From NCBI GenBank assembly GCA_045106895.1, contig JBGCFM010000257.1:1-32306 (forward strand): a DNA stretch of 32,306 nt, read 5' to 3'. How positions within the stretch are numbered: the stretch's first letter is position 1; each line of letters starts with the position of its first letter. The DNA comes from Polyangiales bacterium. GTDB lineage: Bacteria > Myxococcota_A > Polyangia > Polyangiales > Houyiibacteriaceae. Both the position numbers and the translations under genes were made by a program. Under the pieces are notes generated by a model. That model did not search any database, was not told the origin of the DNA, and saw only the letters and a program-made list of their open reading frames with translations. Positions 1 through 8,145 of the stretch are shown one piece after another.

Positions 1-1094
1 TCTACGTGTGCCTCGCCGTCGAAGGTGGCATCCGTCTCCGCTCGCCATTCGTCATCGACCGTCCGGACATCACCATCGATGGTCGTTTCGCGCCGGGCGC
101 GGGGGCGTGGGTCTTCGGCGACCGAATCGAGGTGGAGGCAGACAATGTGCTCCTCGATCACGTGCGTCACTTCGGCAACGACACGGCCGCCAACGGCGAC
201 TCGGACTGTTTGCGTTGGGGCATTTTCGGCGACCCCGATGACCGCGATGACGTCCAGCTCGGCTACCTCCGCTGCTGTGAGTTCCACCATGGCCGCGACG
301 AGGTCCTCTCGTTCACTCCGCGCCAAAACGGTGAGGCAACGGGCAACCGCGTTCAGGACGTCACCTGGGATCGCTGCATCGTGGCCAACCCCACGGGTCT
401 TGACCATGAGTTCGGAATCATTATCGGTGATGGCTCGGAGCGCATCACTCTCTCGCGGAACCTCTTGTTTAATTTTGCGGCGCGGTATCCCTTTGTTCGG
501 CGCCACGCAAGCGAGATCGAGTACATCAACAACGCGTGCTACAACTTCAACGAGAACTGCATCAGTGTCTCGGGCGCTGAAGTCGCCATACTTGGCAGCC
601 TTTTGCGACTCGGTCCGCGGTGGAACGATCCTCGAGGGCCCATTTCCATCAACGGATCCAACGTCTACGTGGACGACGTCCTCATCGACAGCACCATCGG
701 CCGCACCAGCACCGACGGCTTGTTCCGTGGAGCGGGCTCTACGGACGCTCCCACCTTTGCGGGATCGGGTCTCGCGCGGATCGCTTCCGAGGACGTGGCA
801 GACATGATCGCGCGCTTGGCCGGCGCACGACTTCACGGCGGGGAACGCGGGACAATTTCGCAGAACGTCATCGATCAGTTCGTCGCGGGCAATGCGCCTG
901 AAGAGCTCGCCGTCCACCCAGGCGACGTACCCCGCGAAACCGGCGCATCGTTCCCGGAACATACTGCGTATGTCCCAAGCGAATACCAAGCGTTCTTCGC
1001 CGGCGACTCCAACCTCGACGACACCATCGAAGACGGGCCCTGGGCTGGGTACCTCGTCGCCGAGCGCGTCGGCGCTTGGCTCATCTCCACCTGA
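1..1094 (+). CDS. Pectate lyase (PL1)-like parallel beta-helix protein, 5'-truncated by the window edge
   Basis: Frame is open from the window start. It carries ITIDGRFAPGAG, DNVLLDHVR, D..D / GRDE acidic (Ca-binding-like) residues, VTWDRC (vWiDH-like) and RYPFVR (RxPxxR catalytic motif). Confidence 0.7.
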   Translation, partial: YVCLAVEGGIRLRSPFVIDRPDITIDGRFAPGAGAWVFGDRIEVEADNVLLDHVRHFGNDTAANGDSDCLRWGIFGDPDDRDDVQLGYLRCCEFHHGRDEVLSFTPRQNGEATGNRVQDVTWDRCIVANPTGLDHEFGIIIGDGSERITLSRNLLFNFAARYPFVRRHASEIEYINNACYNFNENCISVSGAEVAILGSLLRLGPRWNDPRGPISINGSNVYVDDVLIDSTIGRTSTDGLFRGAGSTDAPTFAGSGLARIASEDVADMIARLAGARLHGGERGTISQNVIDQFVAGNAPEELAVHPGDVPRETGASFPEHTAYVPSEYQAFFAGDSNLDDTIEDGPWAGYLVAERVGAWLIST

Positions 1095-1100
1095 ACCTCC

Positions 1101-1718
1101 TCAATAAGGCGCGCGTTCCTGGTACGTGCACTCACCGACGCCCTCGGCTCGGTGCACGGAGCATCCACCTTCGACAAGAGGGTAGGGGCCTTCGCTTGGC
1201 GCGCCACTTTCCGGGTGCTCGATGGTGAGCGTGTCCGTGAAGGTGTTGTCGATGCGGTCGTAGATCATCGACACCGAGTAGAGTTCGTCTGGGTGGATGA
1301 GCGCTGTGAATGTGTCGGTGTCGTTGTGGTGCGTGACGTCGTAGGTGAGCTGTGATTCGTCGCGCATGCACGAGACTCCGTCACCGTCTTCGACGCCGAA
1401 CGCGCGCGTCTTGTAATTGATAGCGAGGCCGATGATCTGCTCCAGGGGGCCGGGCGAGAGGGCCACGCGCATACGAATACCCAGCTCTTCGTTTGAAAAG
1501 TCCATCCGCTGGAAGAAGCGATCAGGCTCGAAGTCGGCGTCCACGGGTATCTCCACTTCCGCCACACAATCGCTCAGAGTGGTCGACGGAGGGGCGTCTG
1601 TTTCGGCGTCGCTTGGCGCCGAGGCATCGCTCATCGAGGCGTCGAGGGAGGGCGTCGAGTCGTCGCCGCAGCCCACTGACAAGACGAAGAGAGCGCAGAG
1701 GGTTTTGGCCGAAGTCAT
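1101..1718 (-). CDS. Hypothetical lipoprotein
   Basis: Signal peptide with lipobox LSVGC followed by GDDS, then a DAS/DAP low-complexity linker and a Cys-containing globular domain. Confidence 0.75.
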   Translation of the reverse strand: MTSAKTLCALFVLSVGCGDDSTPSLDASMSDASAPSDAETDAPPSTTLSDCVAEVEIPVDADFEPDRFFQRMDFSNEELGIRMRVALSPGPLEQIIGLAINYKTRAFGVEDGDGVSCMRDESQLTYDVTHHNDTDTFTALIHPDELYSVSMIYDRIDNTFTDTLTIEHPESGAPSEGPYPLVEGGCSVHRAEGVGECTYQERAPY

Positions 1719-1889
1719 GCCTCCAAGGTGCAGGAGTCGCGGCGCCCTCGCGATGAATATCCTTGCCCAGCAGTGACAAAGCGTTCCCTCGGCGGTGAAC
1801 AGCCCAGGAGCCGTTGCGCCGGCCCCTCGACGGACACATACTGCTGGCGTTCGTTGAAATTCTAACCCGTTTCACCTTGCACCCGATTC

Positions 1890-2246
1890 GGGGGCGATCG
1901 GTTTCGACGGGGACAAAGAAGGATCGGTTGCGTATCCGCTGGCTCACAACAGCGTATAAAGTGTGGGAACCTATAAGTGCTAACGATAACGCACTCGCTC
2001 TCGCGGCCTAAAAACCCCGGAGTCGTTGAAGTAAAAAGTCTGTCAGTACTTTCTACCTAGACGTCATTTGAACTGACTGGTCTCGAGGAGCGCCACCCGG
2101 CTTCGAGATAAGACAAAGGGAGGACAGCTTGGTTGCGAGCCTGCCCATGGGCGCAACGCCGAGTTAAATTCAAAATGTGGGATACGTGCGTAGACGCCGC
2201 TCTGGATTGTTCTCGGACTAGGGTTCGATTCCCTACGCCTCCACCA
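1890..2246 (+). ncRNA. ssrA: tmRNA (one-piece, 357 nt), tag (A)ANDNALALAA encoded at 1979-2011
   Basis: 5' GGGGGCG pairs with 3' CGCCTCC-A-CCA including the G3.U alanyl-identity wobble. Also GGTTTCGACGGG at the 5' end, a T-arm TAGGG-TTCGATT-CCCTA, and a resume codon GCT after ATAAGT giving a tag that ends in LAA-stop. Confidence 0.97.
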
Positions 2247-2280
2247 AACGCCTCGATGGGTTTCCGTCGGGGCGTTTTTT
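2246..2280 (+). terminator. Intrinsic terminator after ssrA, possibly bidirectional
   Basis: AAACGCCTCGATGG-GTTT-CCGTCGGGGCGTTT hairpin followed by a T run, with an A run on its 5' side. Confidence 0.85.
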
Positions 2281-2340
2281 CAATTGAGCCGTTTTCATCG
2301 CGGGGCTGGTCGTATGACACCACGACGCCGCTCACGGACT

Positions 2341-2398
2341 TCAGTCCGTTGATGCATAGACGCCGACGACGGGGGGCGACTCGAAGCGTCGGATTCGC
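2341..2398 (-). pseudogene. Short remnant of a homologue of the 3' end of the lipoprotein gene at 6163-6996
   Basis: Minus strand 2385-2344 encodes FESPPVVGVYASTD, identical in protein to 6219-6178, followed by TGA where the intact gene has TGG. An out-of-frame ANP at 2398-2390 matches the gene's upstream YANPDF. Confidence 0.8.
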
Positions 2399-2516
2399 GA
2401 CGGAGTGGAGGGTCAGAGTGTCGGCATAAGGCCGCGCTCACCACGACAACGGCGATGTCAACAATCTGTCTAAGGTTCGTCTAGAGACGACTCTGATTAT
2501 CTCATAGGTTACGTGC

Positions 2517-3233
2517 ATGAGCGACATCGCTGAACAGTTCAGAGCCTACGCCAAAGACGATGCGCGCTTGAGTGCGCTGCCCTACGCGGATGTCGCCGAG
2601 AGCGGGAACCCAGTCAACATGCTGGCGGAGGAGCTGAGCCGGCGAACGCCGCTCGCGGTGATGCGCTGGGAGAGTAACCTCTCGGATCCCTACTTCCGCG
2701 TGCTTTCGCTCGACTTTCTCGCCCAGCAGCCACGAGAGGAGGCGGCGCCAACGGTCTGGGAAGGCTGCACATTGGATGAGCCCACGCTCATTGAAGGGGA
2801 CCTCGTGGTCCGAGGCAACCTGGAGAACCGCTCGAACCTTGTGGTGCTCGGCGATCTCACGGTTGAAGGCGCGTACATCGGGCGCGGCGAATACCCGTGT
2901 TGTTCGGTGGGCGGGTCGATGGATGCGACGAACTTCTACGCGAATGAGTCCGAGACCATTTGCCTAGGAACACTCACCATTCAGTCTGTCCTTTTGGTGG
3001 TCTACAACCACACCGTGACCATCGCGCGCAAACTCGTCGCGAAGACGCTCATCTCCGACGACGCCGACATCGACGGGGAGCTCATCGCCGAGAGTCGTCA
3101 CGAGAATCCGAGCTACGACATCTACAAAGAACTGTTCGGACTTGAGTTCGACGACGAGGATCAAGACTTGGATCCAGGTGAACAGATCTACGATCGTGTC
3201 GTCGCGCAGATGCTCAATCCCGCTTCAGGGTGA
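2517..3233 (+). CDS. Hypothetical acidic protein with bactofilin/beta-solenoid-like repeats
   Basis: Repeated hydrophobic-x-G-[DNST]-L motifs (IEGDLVVRGNL, VVLGDLTVEG, SVGGSM, ICLGTLTI). TAGGTT lies 6 nt before the ATG. Confidence 0.7.
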   Translation: MSDIAEQFRAYAKDDARLSALPYADVAESGNPVNMLAEELSRRTPLAVMRWESNLSDPYFRVLSLDFLAQQPREEAAPTVWEGCTLDEPTLIEGDLVVRGNLENRSNLVVLGDLTVEGAYIGRGEYPCCSVGGSMDATNFYANESETICLGTLTIQSVLLVVYNHTVTIARKLVAKTLISDDADIDGELIAESRHENPSYDIYKELFGLEFDDEDQDLDPGEQIYDRVVAQMLNPASG

Positions 3234-3399
3234 CCAAGGCTCCCGCCGGTCTCCCGAGGGCTCGCCACGCGAGGTGTCGGGCCGGCTACGCGAGTTTTAC
3301 GTCACGTATGGTCAGAAACGGGCCGGACAAAAACGTGTGTGAAGGCTTGCGCGGTTCCCGTCAGGGTTTTGCCGAAAGACTCTCTATACTCTTGGAGTC

Positions 3400-5055
3400 A
3401 TGAAGTTCGCACTCCTTCGTTCATCGCTATCCCTCGTCTCGTTCCTCTTCGCCACAAGTGCCGTCGCGCAGATACAGGCGTTCCCCACCGCGCAAGGCGC
3501 TGGCGCCTTGGCGAGAGGGGATGCCGAATACGAGGTGTACGAAGTCACCAACCTGAATGCATCGGGACCTGGGAGCTTGTGGGATGCCCTCGGAGACAAT
3601 CGCATCGTCGTGTTTCGTGTCTCGGGCATCATCGACATCCCCACAAACAGTACCCGCTCCTTCCGTAACCTTCAGGTGCTCGGGCAGACTGCCCCGGAGC
3701 CAGGGATCACCATCGTGGCCAGTGGCTGGCGATGGAGCGGCGCGGAAAACGTCGTGTTCCGCTACGTGCGATGGAGGACGTGGCAGTGCAGGGAAGACCT
3801 ATTCGACCCTTGCGGCGTAGACAACGTCGACGCGGCGGGGCTTGGCGAAACCAACAGTAGCCTCATCTTCGACCACTGTAGCTTTGCTTTCGGAGGCGAT
3901 GAGTTCCTCAGCTTTCGAGGGGACTCCCACACCGCCACGGTTCAAAACTCTATGTTCTCGTACGGCAAGACCGGCATGCTTGCCGGGGACAGCAACGACT
4001 ACGCACTCGGGTACGACTTCTCAATCCTCAACAACTTCTGGCACACCATCGGCAAGAGAACGCCGAACCCCAACTCGAACGGGCGCATCGATGTCATCGG
4101 CAACGTCACGTACAACATTCTTAATCTCGGGATGCGTACGGGGGGCAGCCTTCAGCTGAACGAGATTGGAAACCACTACATCCGTGCCGGCACGCATCGG
4201 CTCAGCTTCGGTGGCGGCACAACCCCTTTGGTCCACACGTCGGGCAATCGCTTTGGGGATGTGGTGACCGCCAACGGGCAAGACAACAGTGTGATGTGGG
4301 AAGCCTGGCAGGACGGCCGAGACCCAGCGCCAAGCGACTTCACGGATACCGCTTTTCCGGTCCTCAACTACACCAGCGAACTCCCAGACGGTGATGAGTC
4401 TTTGCTGGCCGTGCAGAGTCGGGAGCGTGGAGCAAATGCCTATCTGAGTGATACCGGAAGCCCGGTTCGATACTTCGATGCGTTGGACGAAGAAGCGTAC
4501 GATCAGTTCGACGCCGGTGAGCGCTTCGACTGGGACGACGGAACGGGGAACCGTACCCAAGGCGCATGGAAAGTCATTCCGCAACGACGTTGGCTGACGG
4601 ACAACGAGCCTAGCTTTGGGGTCGTCGCCAACGAACACGACCAGAGCACACACGTCGGCGTCGTTCCCCACGTTTGGATCGAAGATCAGGGGTTGGACCC
4701 AGACACGTTTGACCCGTTGGGGAATGATCTCGATGCGGTGTACACCAATATTGAGGTGTACAGCTTCGGCGTGGATGGGGAACCTGGTGAAGTTGAACCG
4801 GGTGACGCTGGACCCGGGTCGCGAGACGCTGGGCCACCAAGCGACGCTGGGCCAGGGAGCGACGCTGGGCCAGGGAGCGACGCTGGTCTCGTGATTGGAG
4901 ACGCGGGAGCTGCGGATGGTGGCAGCGCCGACGGTGGGCCGGAAGTCGGCGGCGAGGAAGGGTGCGGCTGCGGTGTGTCTCAGGGAGCTCCCAGCCCCGC
5001 GTCCTGGACGGCGATGCTCTGCGTCCTCGGCCTGGTCTTGCGTCGCAGAAAATAG
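3400..5055 (+). CDS. Secreted pectate lyase (PL1)-like protein with C-terminal MYXO-CTERM sorting signal
   Basis: Signal peptide, then AFPTAQGAG...RG...VYEVTNLNASGPGSL...RIVVFRVSGII...GQTAP (typical N-terminus of PL1-like proteins), IFDHCS, GDE and RTP. It ends in a DAGP linker, GCGC, a hydrophobic helix and RRRK. Confidence 0.85.
   Translation: MKFALLRSSLSLVSFLFATSAVAQIQAFPTAQGAGALARGDAEYEVYEVTNLNASGPGSLWDALGDNRIVVFRVSGIIDIPTNSTRSFRNLQVLGQTAPEPGITIVASGWRWSGAENVVFRYVRWRTWQCREDLFDPCGVDNVDAAGLGETNSSLIFDHCSFAFGGDEFLSFRGDSHTATVQNSMFSYGKTGMLAGDSNDYALGYDFSILNNFWHTIGKRTPNPNSNGRIDVIGNVTYNILNLGMRTGGSLQLNEIGNHYIRAGTHRLSFGGGTTPLVHTSGNRFGDVVTANGQDNSVMWEAWQDGRDPAPSDFTDTAFPVLNYTSELPDGDESLLAVQSRERGANAYLSDTGSPVRYFDALDEEAYDQFDAGERFDWDDGTGNRTQGAWKVIPQRRWLTDNEPSFGVVANEHDQSTHVGVVPHVWIEDQGLDPDTFDPLGNDLDAVYTNIEVYSFGVDGEPGEVEPGDAGPGSRDAGPPSDAGPGSDAGPGSDAGLVIGDAGAADGGSADGGPEVGGEEGCGCGVSQGAPSPASWTAMLCVLGLVLRRRK
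4804..4886 (+). repeat. Coding tandem repeat (18-bp unit GACGCTGGGCCAGGGAGC, encoding DAGPGS)
   Basis: GACGCTGG recurs at 4804, 4825, 4843, 4861 and 4879. The units at 4843 and 4861 are identical. Confidence 0.9.
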
Positions 5056-5086
5056 CGCTCGTTGGGCTGACGGGCCCTCACACCGC

Positions 5087-5728
5087 CTACCAGGCGATGC
5101 CGTTTCCGATGAAGTGCGCGCGTAAGACTCGATGGCTCGCACGTAAGCCTTTTCGCTCGCGCATTCGCCGCCCTCCAATGCCCATCAAGAGGGCGCCGAT
5201 GGCGAAGAAGGGCAGGCCGACAAGCAAAGCCGCGGGGTCACGGGACTCGCTCATGAACAAGCCCGTCGCCGTCATGCCCGTGCCGAGCGTGAGGCCTCCG
5301 AGGATGAGCATAAAAACAGGCCCGACGAGCCGGACGTCGCGCTGCCGCATCGCCAAGTCGGGCGGGAGTAGGTTCCATCGCTGTCGTCTCGCGCGCCTGC
5401 GCTCGGCGAGCCGCACGATGCCCCAGATGCCGAGACCAAGCGCCGCCGCCGCGCCCACTCCGAGGCCGATGTTCAGGCTGCGAGAGGAGGCTCCGGAGTC
5501 CGCGATGTTGATCGCGACGGGGACGGCCAGTTCGATCGCCAGCGAGAAAGCGAGACCGACCTGCGCCCGGGGGCCGGCGAGGCTCAAGCCCTGCATTGGG
5601 TCGGCAGGGTCCCAAGCTCCCCACTCATCCTGGGCGGTCTCCCGCGATTCAAAAGCCGAGCGCTGAGCGGAGGTATGGCTGGCCATCAAGGCGGCGGAAA
5701 CGAAGGCCACCGCGCAAAGAAACTTCAT
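5087..5728 (-). CDS. Hypothetical membrane protein (signal peptide + about 4 TM helices)
   Basis: Start moved to ATG 5728 (MKFLCAVAF), which has TACCGT 6 nt upstream. Four hydrophobic segments are separated by Arg-rich loops. Confidence 0.65.
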   Translation of the reverse strand: MKFLCAVAFVSAALMASHTSAQRSAFESRETAQDEWGAWDPADPMQGLSLAGPRAQVGLAFSLAIELAVPVAINIADSGASSRSLNIGLGVGAAAALGLGIWGIVRLAERRRARRQRWNLLPPDLAMRQRDVRLVGPVFMLILGGLTLGTGMTATGLFMSESRDPAALLVGLPFFAIGALLMGIGGRRMRERKGLRASHRVLRAHFIGNGIAW

Positions 5729-5784
5729 CTCAGAACGGTAGCCAACGCATCCAGTGAAGCCAAACCTGGGGCGCACCCGCCTCG

Positions 5785-6141
5785 CTATGCCCCGCTGAGC
5801 CGAAACACGGGGCCGCCGGGAAAGAGGTAGTAGGCATTGTCGGGGTCATCGGCGTAGTCGAAGGGCTCCACGCCACAGGTCTTCAGCGCCGCGCCGGTCT
5901 TCGCTTTGTCTTCGACGGCAAACTCGAGCCAGACCCCGTTGTCCTTGGCGTCGGACTCGCTCATGCCCCCCTCATCGACGAAGTACACGCCGATGTTGAA
6001 GCCGTCTTCCAGGAGGAAAACATCAAAGCCGTTGGGGAGCTGCTTGTGTTGCGCGCCGAGGGCCTCGCTAAAGACCCGGAGCGTCTTGTCGCGATGTTTC
6101 TTCGCGATGGTCAGCTTCATGTTCGTTCCAAATTTCGCCAT
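5785..6141 (-). CDS. VOC/glyoxalase-fold protein
   Basis: 118 aa with VFSEALG, WLEFAVED, LKTCGV and YYLFPGGPVFRL pattern of the glyoxalase/bleomycin-resistance fold. Purine-rich RBS, 21 nt after the upstream stop. Confidence 0.65.
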   Translation of the reverse strand: MAKFGTNMKLTIAKKHRDKTLRVFSEALGAQHKQLPNGFDVFLLEDGFNIGVYFVDEGGMSESDAKDNGVWLEFAVEDKAKTGAALKTCGVEPFDYADDPDNAYYLFPGGPVFRLSGA

Positions 6142-6162
6142 GTCGTTTTTCTTTCCTGATTC

Positions 6163-6996
6163 CTACCACTGATGCCAGTCCGTCGAGGCGTACACGCCGA
6201 CGACGGGAGGAGACTCAAAGAGCGCGCCGAAGGCGGCTTGGAAGTCTGGGTTTGCGTAGAACGCCTCGATGTTCTCGTCGGAGTTCCAGATGTCGAATGC
6301 GAGGAACTCTCGTGAGTCTTCCACGCCGAGGTAGACGATGTGCGCCATGTCGCCGGCGGCCATGGCGGGCGCTTCGCCGCCCATGGCGACGAGGTCGTGG
6401 TCTTCTTGTACATCTGCGGCGGGGGCGCGAAGTCGTCCGCGGACGATGACGCGGTAGTGTGGCTCGATGTCGTCGCCAACATCCATGTTGCCCCATTCGT
6501 GCCAGCCCGCACGTTCGAAGAGCTCAAGGGCAGGGGGCTCCGCAAAGAGCATCCCGAACTGTTCCATGAAGGCTGGGTTGCCGTAGAACATCATGGCGCC
6601 TTCGAGGTTCGTCCATCGGTCGAGGGCAGCGAAGGCGTTTTCCGTCGTGCCAAGAAGTGTCGTTCCAAGATGCACATCGTGGCCGAAGTCGCCGAGGGCC
6701 ATCGCCGCCTCTTCGCCGCCGGAGGCGAGCGGATCGTGGAGCTCTTGGGCGGCCGTGAGGTCGTCTGTGAAAAGAGTGCCCCGCACCAGAGCCGCGAACT
6801 CCGAGGTCCCGCCGGCGTCTGGGCTCGTCGCGTCAACGCCCACGTCCATGGGCTCCGGGGCGTCGTTGCCGGCGTCCACTTGGACGTTGGAGTCCACGGA
6901 CCCGCCGTCCGCAATTCCGACGTCTGTGGGCGTGTCGTCGTCGCCGCAGCCGAGGGCGAGCAAGGAACAGAGAGAGAGAAGTTTGATCATACGCAT
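6163..6996 (-). CDS. Lipoprotein with two tandem ABM-like (dimeric alpha-beta barrel) domains
   Basis: AAGGAG RBS before ATG 6996 and lipobox LALGC-GDDD. Two internal repeats share VRGxL, HD..A.GGE..AMA.GD..H.V.LG, D.W, FY.NP.F...FG.LF..PP and WHxW. Confidence 0.75.
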   Translation of the reverse strand: MRMIKLLSLCSLLALGCGDDDTPTDVGIADGGSVDSNVQVDAGNDAPEPMDVGVDATSPDAGGTSEFAALVRGTLFTDDLTAAQELHDPLASGGEEAAMALGDFGHDVHLGTTLLGTTENAFAALDRWTNLEGAMMFYGNPAFMEQFGMLFAEPPALELFERAGWHEWGNMDVGDDIEPHYRVIVRGRLRAPAADVQEDHDLVAMGGEAPAMAAGDMAHIVYLGVEDSREFLAFDIWNSDENIEAFYANPDFQAAFGALFESPPVVGVYASTDWHQW

Positions 6997-7049
6997 GGTG
7001 GTGGTCTCCTTGCTCACCAACGTATGGGCTCAGGTGCTGACCCGCTTTG

Positions 7050-7085
7050 ACCGTGCGTCCAAAGGAGCCCACCGCGCGTCCAAAG
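7050..7085 (-). promoter_or_regulatory. Putative AraC-family operator: 15-bp direct repeat with 21-bp period, upstream of -10 TACGTT (7024-7019)
   Basis: ACCGTGCGTCCAAAG (7050-7064) and ACCGCGCGTCCAAAG (7071-7085) are 14/15 identical and lie between the araC gene and the downstream lipoprotein gene. Confidence 0.65.
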
Positions 7086-7114
7086 CGTGTGTCCGGAGCC
7101 GTGAATCAGTTTCG

Positions 7115-8032
7115 CTAGGCCACGGCGACGCGTCGATAGTCGCCCGGGGTCTCGCCAATGACGCGGCGAAAGGCGCGCGCGAAGGCGTTCTCTGAGCCAT
7201 AGCCCACTTGGTCGGCGACCTCGGCGACGCTCGCGTTGGATTGCCGCAGGAGGTCCGCCGCGGCCAACATGCGCCAGCGCCGTACGTACTGAACCGGCGG
7301 CTCGCCGACGAGTTCGGCGAAGCGCGAGAAGAAGCTCGAGCGAGACATGCCGACGCGCGCAGCGAGCTCGGCGGCGGTCCAAGCTTCGGCGGGGTCTTGG
7401 TGAATATTCGCGAGGGCTTTGGCGATGCGGGGGTCCGAGAGGCCGGCGAGCCAGCCGTGCGAATCTTCCGGCGCGGTGTCGAAGTACGTGCGAAGGACAT
7501 GAACGAAGAATGTCTCCATGACGCGCGCCGCGACAGCGTCCGCGCCGCGCTCTTCACCCTCCAAGGACTCAAGGAGCATGCGCACGGATTGGTCGAGCCA
7601 TGGAGCGACGGAGTCGCGCGCACGCGAGATGTGAATGGTGCGCGGGAGCAGCGCTGTGAAGTGTTCGGCGGCCGCGTGCTGCAACGTAAACGAGCCACAG
7701 AGGATCGAAGTGCGCGCGCCTTGGGTGCCCGCGTGTAGAGTCGGAATGACGCCTTCGCGCGTCATTGGGAAGCTCGCGTAGGGGTGGGGCTGGGTGTCTT
7801 CCCGGTCCGCGAGCACGTGGGCGTCTCCTCGGCAGAGCACGAGGACATCGCCTTCGGCGAGGGGGATGCTGACATCGCCGCTCCGAAAATGCGCAGTGCC
7901 CGACACCACCGCATGGAAGAGGGCGCAGGGAAGAGCTTGGCTCTCCACACCCCAGCGCCCAGCGCCTTCGGCCCGTGCGACGAGGGCGCCTTCGAGTCGT
8001 AACGAGCGGAGTATTTCAGTGATTGGATCCAC
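7115..8032 (-). CDS. AraC-family transcriptional regulator with N-terminal cupin (Cupin_6/RclR-like) domain
   Basis: MDPITEILRSLRL start, FHAVVSG, ILCGSF, GWLAGLSDPRIAKAL..IH.DP...WT..ELA...GMSRS.F, and a C-terminal VGYGSENAFARAFRR HTH. Confidence 0.92.
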   Translation of the reverse strand: MDPITEILRSLRLEGALVARAEGAGRWGVESQALPCALFHAVVSGTAHFRSGDVSIPLAEGDVLVLCRGDAHVLADREDTQPHPYASFPMTREGVIPTLHAGTQGARTSILCGSFTLQHAAAEHFTALLPRTIHISRARDSVAPWLDQSVRMLLESLEGEERGADAVAARVMETFFVHVLRTYFDTAPEDSHGWLAGLSDPRIAKALANIHQDPAEAWTAAELAARVGMSRSSFFSRFAELVGEPPVQYVRRWRMLAAADLLRQSNASVAEVADQVGYGSENAFARAFRRVIGETPGDYRRVAVA

Positions 8033-8085
8033 GGGGAGCCTCAGTCTACCACCTTGAACTTTCGACCGGCGCGGCCGGCGCGTTT

Positions 8086-8139
8086 TTCACCCACTCGAAG
8101 TGCGCCCGAAACAAAGCGGAAACACGCGTTCGGCAGACT
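8086..8139 (+). promoter_or_regulatory. amt promoter: 11-bp-period repeats (TTCAC, GAAGT, GAAAC, GAAAC) and -10-like CAGACT
   Basis: Half-sites start at 8086, 8097, 8108 and 8119. CAGACT at 8134-8139 is 6 nt before ATG 8146. Confidence 0.5.
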
Positions 8140-8145
8140 TGGGGA

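Noticed and set aside
1854..1889. Sigma-70 promoter for ssrA (TTGAAA at 1854)
   Set aside because: No acceptable -10 at 16-18 bp spacing; CACCTT at 1873 is only 13 bp away, so the promoter cannot be called with confidence.
2314..2429. Two Arg-rich mini-ORFs joined by a TGATG overlap (MTPRRRSRTSVR, MHRRRRRG...)
   Set aside because: Arg-rich short ORFs are expected in GC-rich DNA, there is no good RBS, and the sequence is better explained as the antisense of the gene remnant.
1814..2429. ORFs 1814-2011, 2057-2335 and 2133-2429
   Set aside because: They overlap tmRNA; 1814-2011 is simply the tag reading frame extended upstream.
4804..4886. CRISPR-like repeat array
   Set aside because: Units are contiguous, in frame (18 bp) and have no unique spacers; this is a coding DAGP linker. 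No cas genes are present.
2342..6220. Diversity-generating retroelement (template repeat 2342-2386 versus variable repeat at a gene 3' end, 6176-6220)
   Set aside because: Mismatches are not adenine-specific on either strand, are all synonymous, the repeat is short, and no reverse transcriptase is in the window.
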